Origin: Planctomycetota bacterium
Lineage (GTDB): Bacteria > Planctomycetota > Planctomycetia > Pirellulales > PLA5
Reading direction: 5' to 3'
NCBI GenBank assembly: GCA_003576845.1
Contig: QEVJ01000070.1
Location: 1 to 29,661, forward strand
Length of the DNA: 29,661 nucleotides
In this document: one piece after another, positions 9,101 to 15,170 of the stretch
Layout: the number at the start of each line of letters is the position of its first letter
How positions within the stretch are numbered: position 1 is the first letter of the stretch
Made by a program: the position numbers and the translations under genes
The notes under the pieces: model-generated
Databases searched by the model: none
What the model was told of the DNA's origin: nothing
What the model saw: the letters and a program-made list of their open reading frames with translations, nothing else

Positions 9101-10118
9101 GCGTCGAATAGGTGATGACCGTCGGCGCTCCGGGCATATTGCGGCGGAAAATTTCCTGCCCGTTGAGGTAGTAAACCGCCCCGTCGTCGACGATCGGGCG
9201 AATGACGAGGTTCGCCTGGGAAGGATCGCCCGTGTATTCGAACGTCGTACGGAAGTAATACGTCATGCGGCCGAGCGTGAGCAGCGTCGTCTTCGGCTCG
9301 GGATAGGTTTGGGCATTGTTGGCATAAAACAGGGCATTGCCGACCGACCACGGGTCCGTGCCGCAGGTATCGTCGGCGGTCGGATCGTATCCGCCGGGTC
9401 CGGCGGTCCAATTGGCCGCCGGTTCGGCCGTTTGGCAGTAATGCCAACTGGCATTCACGGGCACGACGGTGGTCTCGACGACCTGCGGCGCGTCGGTGGG
9501 AAAGTTTCGCGCACCCGGCGTGCCGCCGATTTCGCGGCTCGTCGACCAGTTGGCGAACTCCGGCGTGCCGAGGTTCGGTTCGAGCTTGGCGAGCGAAACG
9601 CCACCGCCGTCCGCGCCGCTCGGCCAGTCGCCGTCGTCGCCGTATTCAAGCTCGTCCATGGTTCGGCCACCGTTGCTCACGAGCCGGATCGTTTCCCCGC
9701 CGTTGCCGAGCGTGCCCGTGTAGGGACCAAGCGCGCCGGCGAATCCGGAGGCGGCTTGCAGGTCGGTCGGCGACGCCGCAACGACGAGATAGTCGCCGCC
9801 GCCGAGCCGCGTACCCGGCGCAAACGTGTAGTTGACGCCGCCGGTGATGCGCCAGCCCGATAGGTCCATATCGACGGACTGCTGGTTGTAGAGCTCGACC
9901 CATTCGAGCGCGTCGTTGTTGCCGGCCGGGTGATACATCACCTCGTTGAACACGACGGTGCTGTCGAGGACGCGGCGGTCTTCGAGGGTTTCGAGCGACA
10001 GACGCCGGGTCCGACGGCGGGCGGTCGATTCAGCAGCGACGCCGCGCCGCGATTCGCGCGACGAAGCAGGCGAATTGGGTAGGGAACGGGCGGCGCGAAC
10101 GGGACGCATGAACGGCAT
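3147..10118 (-). CDS. Giant (2323 aa) multidomain surface/secreted-type protein: lamin-tail domains (LTD) x4, CotH kinase-like core, three beta-sandwich-like modules, one YGNSNSW module and a C-terminal dockerin.
   Basis: One continuous ORF runs on the minus strand. Start is chosen at ATG 10116-10118 (MPFMRPV), which has GGAGG 7 nt upstream. The track start at 10199 is a TTG. The N-terminus RRLSLETLEDRRVLD has no hydrophobic signal peptide. LTD-like segments lie at about 9504-9956, 8556-8918, 6975-7343 and 3600-4094 (motifs NEVMYHP...EWVELYN...DLSGW). The CotH-like core at about 5010-6053 reads YYNVGVSLKGSMAARPNTAFVSFRVKF...WDWDLSAFG. The dockerin at 3414-3572 carries GDFNGDTIVGLVDLAIL and GDLNADGTVNRTDVAMF. 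Confidence 0.85.
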   Translation of the reverse strand: MPFMRPVRAARSLPNSPASSRESRRGVAAESTARRRTRRLSLETLEDRRVLDSTVVFNEVMYHPAGNNDALEWVELYNQQSVDMDLSGWRITGGVNYTFAPGTRLGGGDYLVVAASPTDLQAASGFAGALGPYTGTLGNGGETIRLVSNGGRTMDELEYGDDGDWPSGADGGGVSLAKLEPNLGTPEFANWSTSREIGGTPGARNFPTDAPQVVETTVVPVNASWHYCQTAEPAANWTAGPGGYDPTADDTCGTDPWSVGNALFYANNAQTYPEPKTTLLTLGRMTYYFRTTFEYTGDPSQANLVIRPIVDDGAVYYLNGQEIFRRNMPGAPTVITYSTPASLAVGVAGYAGPFTVSAAALQPGENAIAVEVHQATIGSNDVTFAAEFKVAETIIETGADLPNLALNEVSAAGENIAVELYNRGDTTLDLTGVVITRDGATAADYVLPASSLAPGAYLSLTTAQLGFGAADGDKVFLYTPGKTVLLDAIVVKTAARGRSPSGTGDWHYVEALTPGAANTVSLHDEIVINEIMYHHRPIQPRPAEFDETPVFPLDATWKYDDSGTDRGVAWRAAAYDDSAWPSGAGLFHSEAGTLPAPKNTELAAGRETYYFRKTFDYAGELANAKLSLSPVVDDGAVFYLNGVEIYRHNMPAGDIDYGTSALTIVDDAGLAGPIIVPATGLVNGTNVLAVEVHQATAPTGGGPQIAPQPNFQIAWDGSDGDFYSPANPALAPANDALNPSVTAFGSSQYGGGIHLIANIRDGKYGNSNSWLANFPVGDPNPYIGLNFGGTLSFSSIAWGRDNGNTVTDACGGTCGDRSIGTYTIQITNVAAPGTGTAETGNAATGWQTIGTVTYGAAGPGFTPYLRHRYTLARDGSPIQATGLRIKVSDDDIAIDEIEINAAAGAADSDVAFGMALATVVETSPATEYMEVGEEWIELYNRGNSPVDLTGWRLDEGIDFNFPAGTTIDPGGYLVVSNAAAALAAIYPGIAIVGNYNGGLSNSSDRIVLKDPRNNVADSVRYYDGGRWSSYADGLGSSLELADPDADNSRAEAWQASDESGKSEWKTFTYRGVAMAEFPPARWNEFVMGLFGDGEVLLDDISVIESPGTAPVQKIINGSFQGDAIGALPASWRINGNHQRSFVVADPTDPTNKVLKLISTGYTQDRSNHAETTFVGNQPAVNGREYEISFRAKWLAGTDQFNTRLYFNRLARRITLDSPAHGGTPGAPNSRAVVNAGPTYEGFEHTPVVPALGEAVTVSVQAADPDGVASMTLRYSVNGGALASVAMTHAGGGHYMGVIPGQASAGAIVQFFVEGTDGLGAASTYPAAGAASRTLYKVQDGQAQPAAGKHSLRIIMTPADAAWLHDVTNVMSSEEMRATVVYDEQEVYYNVGVSLKGSMAARPNTAFVSFRVKFNPDQKFRGVHEDIAIDRSGRGAIVPNGQDEFLIKHMVANAGGGLPGQYDDLVYLISPQGNVNDDAILMLGEYSDVFLDEQYDNGSDGPVYNFDLIYYQNNTSNGLPDGPKVPTGYGHPSYNIDLEYLGEDVEKYRWHFRLQNARRESDYSDLIEFLQAMSLTGSTNGGALDLATQATMDVDEWMRVFAAQSLAGAGSDLYGRGLPHNLRLFVRPEDSKVLAFPWDWDLSAFGLPTNADPFPNSNIRKVVDIPANKRLFYGHLHDLMNTTFNSAYMAYWTTHYSSLLPGQNFAPALTYLDNRGAFIASQLPPAVPFSASTGDTVNSTTLVDEPATAFALVPTSDALGNSWMSAGFDTAGWLTGPTGVGYERTGGYENLIGIDILSSIDADNNGTNDTNSVYVRVPFNVADPASFDRLKLRMKYDDGFVAFLNGVRVASSNAPATLGWNSEATANRDDGAAVQFQEFDITAFRSALVAGENVLAIHGLNQGSGSSDMLISPQLVAEEVASGSEEITVDGPTVTLGGSAWINVREIRVAGMDDPIAATYPSVSTWQATIPVDFGTQTLEFEAYDFQGNLIGTDSVTVTSTYSDRPLEDFLRIGELMYHPAEPSTAEVAAGFTDAEEFEFVELVNLSTTRTLDLTGVQFTTGITFDFTASAVTSLPPGGYVLVVGNQQAFATRYDTTGLAIAGEYSGNLSNGGERIVLAQSVGASLHDFTYDDIWYPETDGPGKSLVVVDLNAAKSEWNVATGWRASATIGGSPGGPDSPVNVPGDFNGDTIVGLVDLAILQAHLGIASGATPSQGDLNADGTVNRTDVAMFARLYGQSGGAGSPAASAAAAVVARRPNPQVIDGNAAGESTLTARRASRRVREAVSVVSAVDIALGETELRATRTNEQSATASIRAARALRRR
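3414..3572 (-). other. Dockerin-like double Ca-binding repeat at the C-terminal end of the giant protein.
   Basis: PGDFNGDTIVGLVDLAILQAHLG...GDLNADGTVNRTDVAMFARLYG matches the dockerin type-I repeat pattern (DxNxDGxvnxxDxxxl). Confidence 0.65.
5010..6053 (-). other. CotH (spore-coat protein H-like atypical kinase) domain inside the giant protein.
   Basis: The CotH-like opening LKGSMAARPNTAFVSFRVKF and the later WDWDLSAFG and HLHDLMNTTFN segments are present. LTD+CotH is an established architecture for this family. The domain boundaries are approximate. Confidence 0.6.
7419..7877 (-). other. YGNSNSW module (unknown function) in the giant protein, homologous to the two modules of the adjacent PEP-CTERM protein.
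   Basis: Giant protein: IRDGKYGNSNSWLANF...NPYIGLNFGGTLSFSSIAWGRDNGN...ACGGTCGDRSIGTYTIQIT...GWQTIGTVTYG...YLRHRYTL...ATGLRIKVSD..IAIDEIEI. PEP-CTERM repeat 2: LNDGSYGNSNSWIGG...FAGVLLDGLFYVDSIAWGRDNGN...ACGGQCDDRFAGTYTIQYT...GWADVGTVNYT...YLRHEFSV...ASGIRLLVPS...AIDEIEIY. Confidence 0.7.
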
Positions 10119-10232
10119 GAAACGGCCTCCGCGCGACAAAACGACCCACGCCGAAAGCGCCGGCCACGAAAGCCGGACCGTCGGAGGTCGCTGGCGCAAG
10201 GGGAAGTGGTCGGGGAAAAGAGGAAAACGAGA

Positions 10233-10271
10233 ACTGTATACAGTTGACAGTATACTGAGACAGGTTATACT
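10233..10271. promoter_or_regulatory. AT-rich divergent control region with overlapping face-to-face sigma70-like promoters and GTATAC-core palindromes.
   Basis: Plus strand reads TTGACA (10244-10249), N16, TATACT (10266-10271), pointing at the PEP-CTERM gene. Minus strand reads TTGCAA, N16, TATACT, pointing at the giant gene. Palindromes are ACTGTATACAGT (10233-10244) and CAGTATACTG (10248-10257). This is an AT-rich island in GC-rich DNA. Confidence 0.4.
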
Positions 10272-10393
10272 TGCAATCAGTTTTGTAGCGATTTTAGCGA
10301 AATATCGACGCTCTCTTGATTACTTTAACCTGAACGTCCGCCATCGTGTTGCTCGTGAACTGAACCGTCTCGAGATCTCTTCTGGAGGGACCA

Positions 10394-11845
10394 ATGAGTC
10401 GCTTGCCTCTCGCTCTTCGCACCTTCGCCCGCCGTTGCGGCGGCGCGGTGTTCGCCCTGGCCGCAGTGGCTGCCGCGGCCGTCACGCCTCAAACCGCGCA
10501 CGCCGTCGTCACGCTCTCCGGCGGCGGACTCGTCCTCGCCGAACAAGGCGGAACCTTCGCGCCGAACAATGTCGCGGGAGCATCGTTGGGCGCGATTCCG
10601 TTTTCGAGCAGCGACCTCGGTCCGCAACTCGGCATTCCCTTTCATATCGCCGCAAACCTCAACGACGAAACCTACGGCAACTCGAATAGCTGGATCGGCG
10701 GCGACGTGAATCCCTATCCCGCGCCGTTTGCCGGCGTCGCGCTCGACGGTTCCTTCACGCTGCAAAGCATCGCCTTCGGCCGCGACAACCTCGGCGCGTT
10801 CGGCGATCGGACCTTGGGCCTCTACACATTGCAGTACACGACCGCCGGGACGGTTGACGCCAACACACCGGACGCTTCCTGGACGACGATCGGCACGCTC
10901 AACTACGTTTCGCCCGGCGGCACGAACTTCAGCAACCCCGCGCTGCGCCACCGCTACAATTTCGATCCTGTTGCGGGCGTCACCGGCGTGAGATTGCTCG
11001 TCCCAAGCACGGGTATCGGCGGCGGAACCGACATCGACGAGATCGAACTGTACGAAACGGCTGGCGTCATCGTCCCGCCGCCGCCGGTCGTCATCCTGAC
11101 GCCTGCCGCCGGCCACGGTATCGGGTACAACGGCAACGACGGCGATCATTTCGATCCGGCGCCTCCGCCGGGCGGGGCCGTCGTACCGAACAACCTGGCG
11201 CTGGCCAGCAACGGCGGCGTGCCGATTTCGAGCAGCGACCTCGGTCCCGAACTTGGCATCCCGTTTCACGTGGCGGGAAATCTGAACGACGGTTCCTACG
11301 GCAACTCGAATAGCTGGATCGGCGGAAATCTGCCCGGCGGCGTTCCCGCGCCGTTCGCCGGCGTGCTGCTGGATGGTCTGTTCTATGTCGACAGCATTGC
11401 CTGGGGTCGCGACAACGGCAACGGCGCGTTTGACGACAGTTTTGCTGGCTCCGACGCTTGCGGCGGTCAGTGCGACGACCGATTCGCCGGCACCTACACG
11501 ATCCAGTACACGCAACTGACAACGGCCGACGCCAGCACACCGTTCACGGGCGACCCGACGACCGGTTGGGCCGACGTGGGCACGGTCAATTACACCGCGG
11601 TCAACGATGCCGGTCCCGGCGGCGAGTTCACCGGCTATTTGCGCCACGAATTCTCCGTCCAAGCCGGCGGCGGCCCGGTGCTCGCCTCGGGCATTCGGTT
11701 GCTCGTGCCCAGCACGGGGCTGGGCGGCGGCACGGCCATCGACGAGATCGAGATTTACGGCTCGGCCGTTCCCGAACCGTCGACTTACGCGCTGGTCGCT
11801 ACGGCGATTTTCGGCCTGGCCGCGATTCGTCGCCGCCGCCGATAA
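10394..11845 (+). CDS. PEP-CTERM sorting-domain protein with an N-terminal signal peptide and two tandem YGNSNSW modules.
   Basis: ATG at 10394 has GGAGG 5 nt upstream. Signal peptide reads MSRLPLALRTFARRCGGAVFALAAVAAAAVTPQTAHA. Module copies lie at about 10556-11060 and 11165-11767. The C-terminus VPEPSTYALVATAIFGLAAIRRRRR (11768-11842) is a textbook PEP-CTERM (VPEP motif, TM helix, Arg cluster). Confidence 0.85.
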   Translation: MSRLPLALRTFARRCGGAVFALAAVAAAAVTPQTAHAVVTLSGGGLVLAEQGGTFAPNNVAGASLGAIPFSSSDLGPQLGIPFHIAANLNDETYGNSNSWIGGDVNPYPAPFAGVALDGSFTLQSIAFGRDNLGAFGDRTLGLYTLQYTTAGTVDANTPDASWTTIGTLNYVSPGGTNFSNPALRHRYNFDPVAGVTGVRLLVPSTGIGGGTDIDEIELYETAGVIVPPPPVVILTPAAGHGIGYNGNDGDHFDPAPPPGGAVVPNNLALASNGGVPISSSDLGPELGIPFHVAGNLNDGSYGNSNSWIGGNLPGGVPAPFAGVLLDGLFYVDSIAWGRDNGNGAFDDSFAGSDACGGQCDDRFAGTYTIQYTQLTTADASTPFTGDPTTGWADVGTVNYTAVNDAGPGGEFTGYLRHEFSVQAGGGPVLASGIRLLVPSTGLGGGTAIDEIEIYGSAVPEPSTYALVATAIFGLAAIRRRRR

Positions 11846-11913
11846 ACCGTCGTGCCGAAAAACGTCGAGCCGCCGCGGAGATAGTCCTCGTTGCGGCCGG
11901 CTCGATGGGGTAG

Positions 11914-11955
11914 ACGCGCTCTGCGTTGCGTCGACAATGCAGAGCGCGTTTTTTT
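11914..11955 (+). terminator. Rho-independent terminator downstream of the PEP-CTERM gene.
   Basis: A perfect 11-bp stem acgcgctctgc/gcagagcgcgt (11914-11924 and 11939-11949) with a 14-nt loop is followed by seven Ts (11949-11955). Confidence 0.7.
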
Positions 11956-12032
11956 GCGCGCCGCACGTGGGAGTTGCCGCGCCGGCCCGGCGTCCGTTTC
12001 GTCGATACGATTCCATTTGTTCCGATATTCCC

Positions 12033-12941
12033 ATGCCATTCGCCACAAACTTGACCGGCCTGATCGCCGCTCCGTTTACCCCGTTCGACGAAAGCGGCCG
12101 ATTGCGGCTCGCCGGCGTCGAACCGATCGCCGCCCATCTCGCCGCCAACCGAGTCGCCGGCGCGTTCGTCGCCGGCACGACGGGCGAGGGCCTTTCGATG
12201 TCGGTCGACGAGCGGCGCGAGCTGGCGACGGCGTGGTCCGAAGCGGCCCGCAACCACCGCGTGAAGCTGATCGTCCATGTCGGCGCGGCCGCGCAATGTG
12301 ACGCGGTCGCACTGGCCGCGCACGCCTGCGAAATCGGGGCCGATGCGGTGGCCGCGATGGGGCCGCCGTACTTTCGCCCGACCACCGTCGACGATCTCGT
12401 CGGGTTTTGCGAACCGATCGCGGCCGCCTGCGGTCCGCTGCCGTTTTACTACTATCACATCCCCGACTGGACCGGCGTCCGCCTGCCGATGGACCAGTTC
12501 CTCGCTCGCGGCCGCGAGCGAATCGCCAACCTCCGCGGTCTCAAGTTCACGCACAACGACCTCGCGATGTTCCAGCTTTGCACGCGGCTCGACGGCGGGG
12601 CATTCGACATCTTCTTCGGCAGCGACGAGATCATGCTCGCCGCGCTGGCGCTCGGCGCGCGGGGCTTTGTCGGCAGCACGTACAATTTCGCCGCGCCGCT
12701 CTATCACCGCATTCTCGCGGCATTCGACGCGGGTGATTGGCCCACCGCCCGAGCCTTGCAAGAAAAGTCCGTCCGGCTGGTGAACGAACTGTGCGCCCGG
12801 CGATTTCTTCCCGCGGCCAAACGGCTGATGGCCGTCGTCGGCGTCGACTGCGGCCCGGTGCGGCCACCGCTGGCAGACATCTCCGTCGCGGATCGCGGCG
12901 CGCTCGCGCGGCAATTGCATGAATTCGAGGCGATAACCTAG
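12033..12941 (+). CDS. Dihydrodipicolinate synthase / N-acetylneuraminate lyase family (DapA-like class I aldolase) protein.
   Basis: GTTGEGLSMS, YYYHIP and LKFTHND (candidate Schiff-base Lys) motifs are present. The 302-aa length is typical. Start is chosen at ATG 12033 (MPFATNLTG). The track start at 11607 overlaps the PEP-CTERM gene and the terminator. Confidence 0.8.
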   Translation: MPFATNLTGLIAAPFTPFDESGRLRLAGVEPIAAHLAANRVAGAFVAGTTGEGLSMSVDERRELATAWSEAARNHRVKLIVHVGAAAQCDAVALAAHACEIGADAVAAMGPPYFRPTTVDDLVGFCEPIAAACGPLPFYYYHIPDWTGVRLPMDQFLARGRERIANLRGLKFTHNDLAMFQLCTRLDGGAFDIFFGSDEIMLAALALGARGFVGSTYNFAAPLYHRILAAFDAGDWPTARALQEKSVRLVNELCARRFLPAAKRLMAVVGVDCGPVRPPLADISVADRGALARQLHEFEAIT

Positions 12942-13091
12942 CGCGGCAGCGGCGTCGCCGTGCGAATCTCGCCTTTTTCGTGGCGGGGTTTGAACCGCAT
13001 TTGCGGTATGGGGGGTAGCGGGCATAGAATGCCGGGGCGTGGGCCTTCGGCATCGTCGAACTGCTATCCCCTTTGACCCAAGGAGTGCGAG

Positions 13092-15077
13092 ATGAGGCAT
13101 CGCATGATTGGCTCGGCCGTCGCGGTTCTGTCCGCCGCATTGGCAATCTCTCTGTCGGCGCCGCTCGCCGCGGCCCCGAAGAGTACCGAAATCAAACCGG
13201 TGTTCATTCTCAACGGCCACGCCGGCTCCGTAACCGGCGTCGCATTCTCGCCCGACGGAACGAAGCTCGCATCGTCGGGCACGGATATGACGGTAAGGCT
13301 TTGGGACGCCGCCAGCGGGCGGGCGATCAAGACGATCGTTACCGAACAGTCGAAGCGCGTCGTGCCCCAGGGAAAGGCAATGTCGGCGGCGGAGTGGACG
13401 AAGCTCATGAACACGATCCACGCGGAGATGTTGCGTTGGATGTTTATGGACAACAAGTTCGGCTACGACTTTGCGCGGAGGAGGCAAGCCGAAAACCTCA
13501 AGTACGCGGTGCGGCTATCGGCGCGGGATGCAGAAGAGCGGCTCAGCGGATATCGCGGGCATGCAGCGGTCGTCGCTTTCGCCAGTGATGGCGTCAACGT
13601 AGCGGTTTTGTGTCCATCATTCTTTTCCTCGCCGCAATTCAACGCGCACGCACCAAGGCTCTACAACAGCGAGGTCGGAGTCTACGACGCCGACACAGGC
13701 AAGCGGATTTCGATCGTCGACGTTTGGACTCCGAAGTCGGCTAACCCGGATGAGTTGTTGTCCGACAAGAACAAGTACACGCAGACATGGATCGTCAACG
13801 ACGCGGATCGCGTCGCCTTTTGGGGATACTCTCCTCGATACCCTGCCGATGTGCCGCAGAATCTAAAAAGGCTTCAGTTACGGTATTGGTACGTCGAGGC
13901 TTTTGATGACATATTCCCGGGTGGACGCAAGCAGGGTTCGGGAGCTGCAATCGGACAGCAAAGCGATTATCGGGATTCGGAATCGCAGGCAATTCCGGAA
14001 TCCGACAATTCCCCTCGCATCGACGGTGGAGCAGGCGGCGGAGGTGGCGGGACTCGCGCAAATGGGCCCGTGCGCGAGTTGGGCCTCCCACCCGAATTTG
14101 CCGGTGAAGGCACCGCCGCCGGCGACGGCAAGATGGTTGACGCCCAAATCTGCCGCACGGTTTGTTACGTCGACGGCGGCAAGCTGTTTGCCACAGGCAG
14201 TGTTCTCGGCGACGTGAAAGTTTGGGACGCCGCAGGCAATCTCGTTCACACTCTCGGCGGCCACGAAGGCGGCGTGCGGTCGGTAGTGGCGTTTCCCGCA
14301 TCGGCTATCGACGCCGCTCAAACTGAAAGTCCGGACCGTCCACTGCTGCTTTCGGCCGACGGCAAGAGCGTGATTCGCGTTTGGACCGCGGCCGGCAAAG
14401 TCGCGGCCAAGTGGAACGGCGCGGCCGAAGAGGAGAAGATCGAAGGCCGAGGCGTCTGGCCCTCCGGCGTCGAAATGCTCGCGATTACCGATGACGGCAA
14501 GACGCTCGCGGCATCGCAGACGAACGGCCATGTGGCACTGTTTGACGTTCCGACAGGTAAGCTGCAGCGCGTCATCGAGGCGCATGGCTATGTCGGACTC
14601 GATGGCTGGATGCCCGTTGCCTTCGCGCCGCAGGGTCAATTCCTCGTCACAGGTGCAGGTGAAGGAACGGTGAAGGTGTGGGATCCGCGTACCGGCTTGC
14701 GGCTTGCGATTCTTAAAGGACACACCGATCATCTTTGGGGTCTCGCCGTCTCACCCGACGGGCAGTGGCTCGCTACCGGCGGGCGCGACAAGTCCGTACG
14801 CGTGTGGAACCTGCCCGACGCGGTGTCTGCGTGGAAGACCGATCCGCATCCGGAATGGGATCTGATCGGCCTCGATCGCGGTTGGATTTCCTCCAAGGAC
14901 GAAGAGATCGACGGCGAATGCGTCGCTTTCGATAAAGACGTTCTCACGATCAAAGTCAGCACCATGACGATCAACGCAGAACGTAAAGTCCGGAACCAGC
15001 GCGTTGCTCTTTCCGCCCTAAGCCAAGGCGATCAAGACTTCATCAAGCGGCGGCTGGCGCTGGAAACGGAGCCGTAA
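13092..15077 (+). CDS. Secreted WD40 beta-propeller protein with a long central insertion (poly-Gly tract) and a C-terminal SHD1-like domain.
   Basis: ATG at 13092 has AGGAG 6 nt upstream. Signal peptide reads MRHRMIGSAVAVLSAALAISLSAPLAAAP. WD repeats include GHAGSVTGVAFSPDGTKLASSGTDMTVRLWD and, at the C-terminus, GHTDHLWGLAVSPDGQWLATGGRDKSVRVWN. A GGAGGGGGG stretch is present. The tail ECVAFDKDVLTIKVSTMTINAERKVRNQRVALSALSQGDQDFIKRRL resembles the SHD1 consensus (..LS.eDq.yv). Confidence 0.8.
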   Translation: MRHRMIGSAVAVLSAALAISLSAPLAAAPKSTEIKPVFILNGHAGSVTGVAFSPDGTKLASSGTDMTVRLWDAASGRAIKTIVTEQSKRVVPQGKAMSAAEWTKLMNTIHAEMLRWMFMDNKFGYDFARRRQAENLKYAVRLSARDAEERLSGYRGHAAVVAFASDGVNVAVLCPSFFSSPQFNAHAPRLYNSEVGVYDADTGKRISIVDVWTPKSANPDELLSDKNKYTQTWIVNDADRVAFWGYSPRYPADVPQNLKRLQLRYWYVEAFDDIFPGGRKQGSGAAIGQQSDYRDSESQAIPESDNSPRIDGGAGGGGGGTRANGPVRELGLPPEFAGEGTAAGDGKMVDAQICRTVCYVDGGKLFATGSVLGDVKVWDAAGNLVHTLGGHEGGVRSVVAFPASAIDAAQTESPDRPLLLSADGKSVIRVWTAAGKVAAKWNGAAEEEKIEGRGVWPSGVEMLAITDDGKTLAASQTNGHVALFDVPTGKLQRVIEAHGYVGLDGWMPVAFAPQGQFLVTGAGEGTVKVWDPRTGLRLAILKGHTDHLWGLAVSPDGQWLATGGRDKSVRVWNLPDAVSAWKTDPHPEWDLIGLDRGWISSKDEEIDGECVAFDKDVLTIKVSTMTINAERKVRNQRVALSALSQGDQDFIKRRLALETEP

Positions 15078-15170
15078 CGCTGGCACGGCGTGCAGTGGGC
15101 GTTAGATGTTGTGGTCGGCGCTTTCCGTCGGGCCCGGCGGCGTTTGGCTGCCAAACCTCGCCGCCGCGCA

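Noticed and set aside
10325-13487. Long minus-strand ORFs (10325-12385, 11799-13487) opposite the PEP-CTERM and DapA-like genes.
   Set aside because: They have no domain signal and are Arg/Ala-rich. The plus-strand products have clear family signatures (PEP-CTERM tail, DapA motifs), and a plus-strand terminator lies between the two genes.
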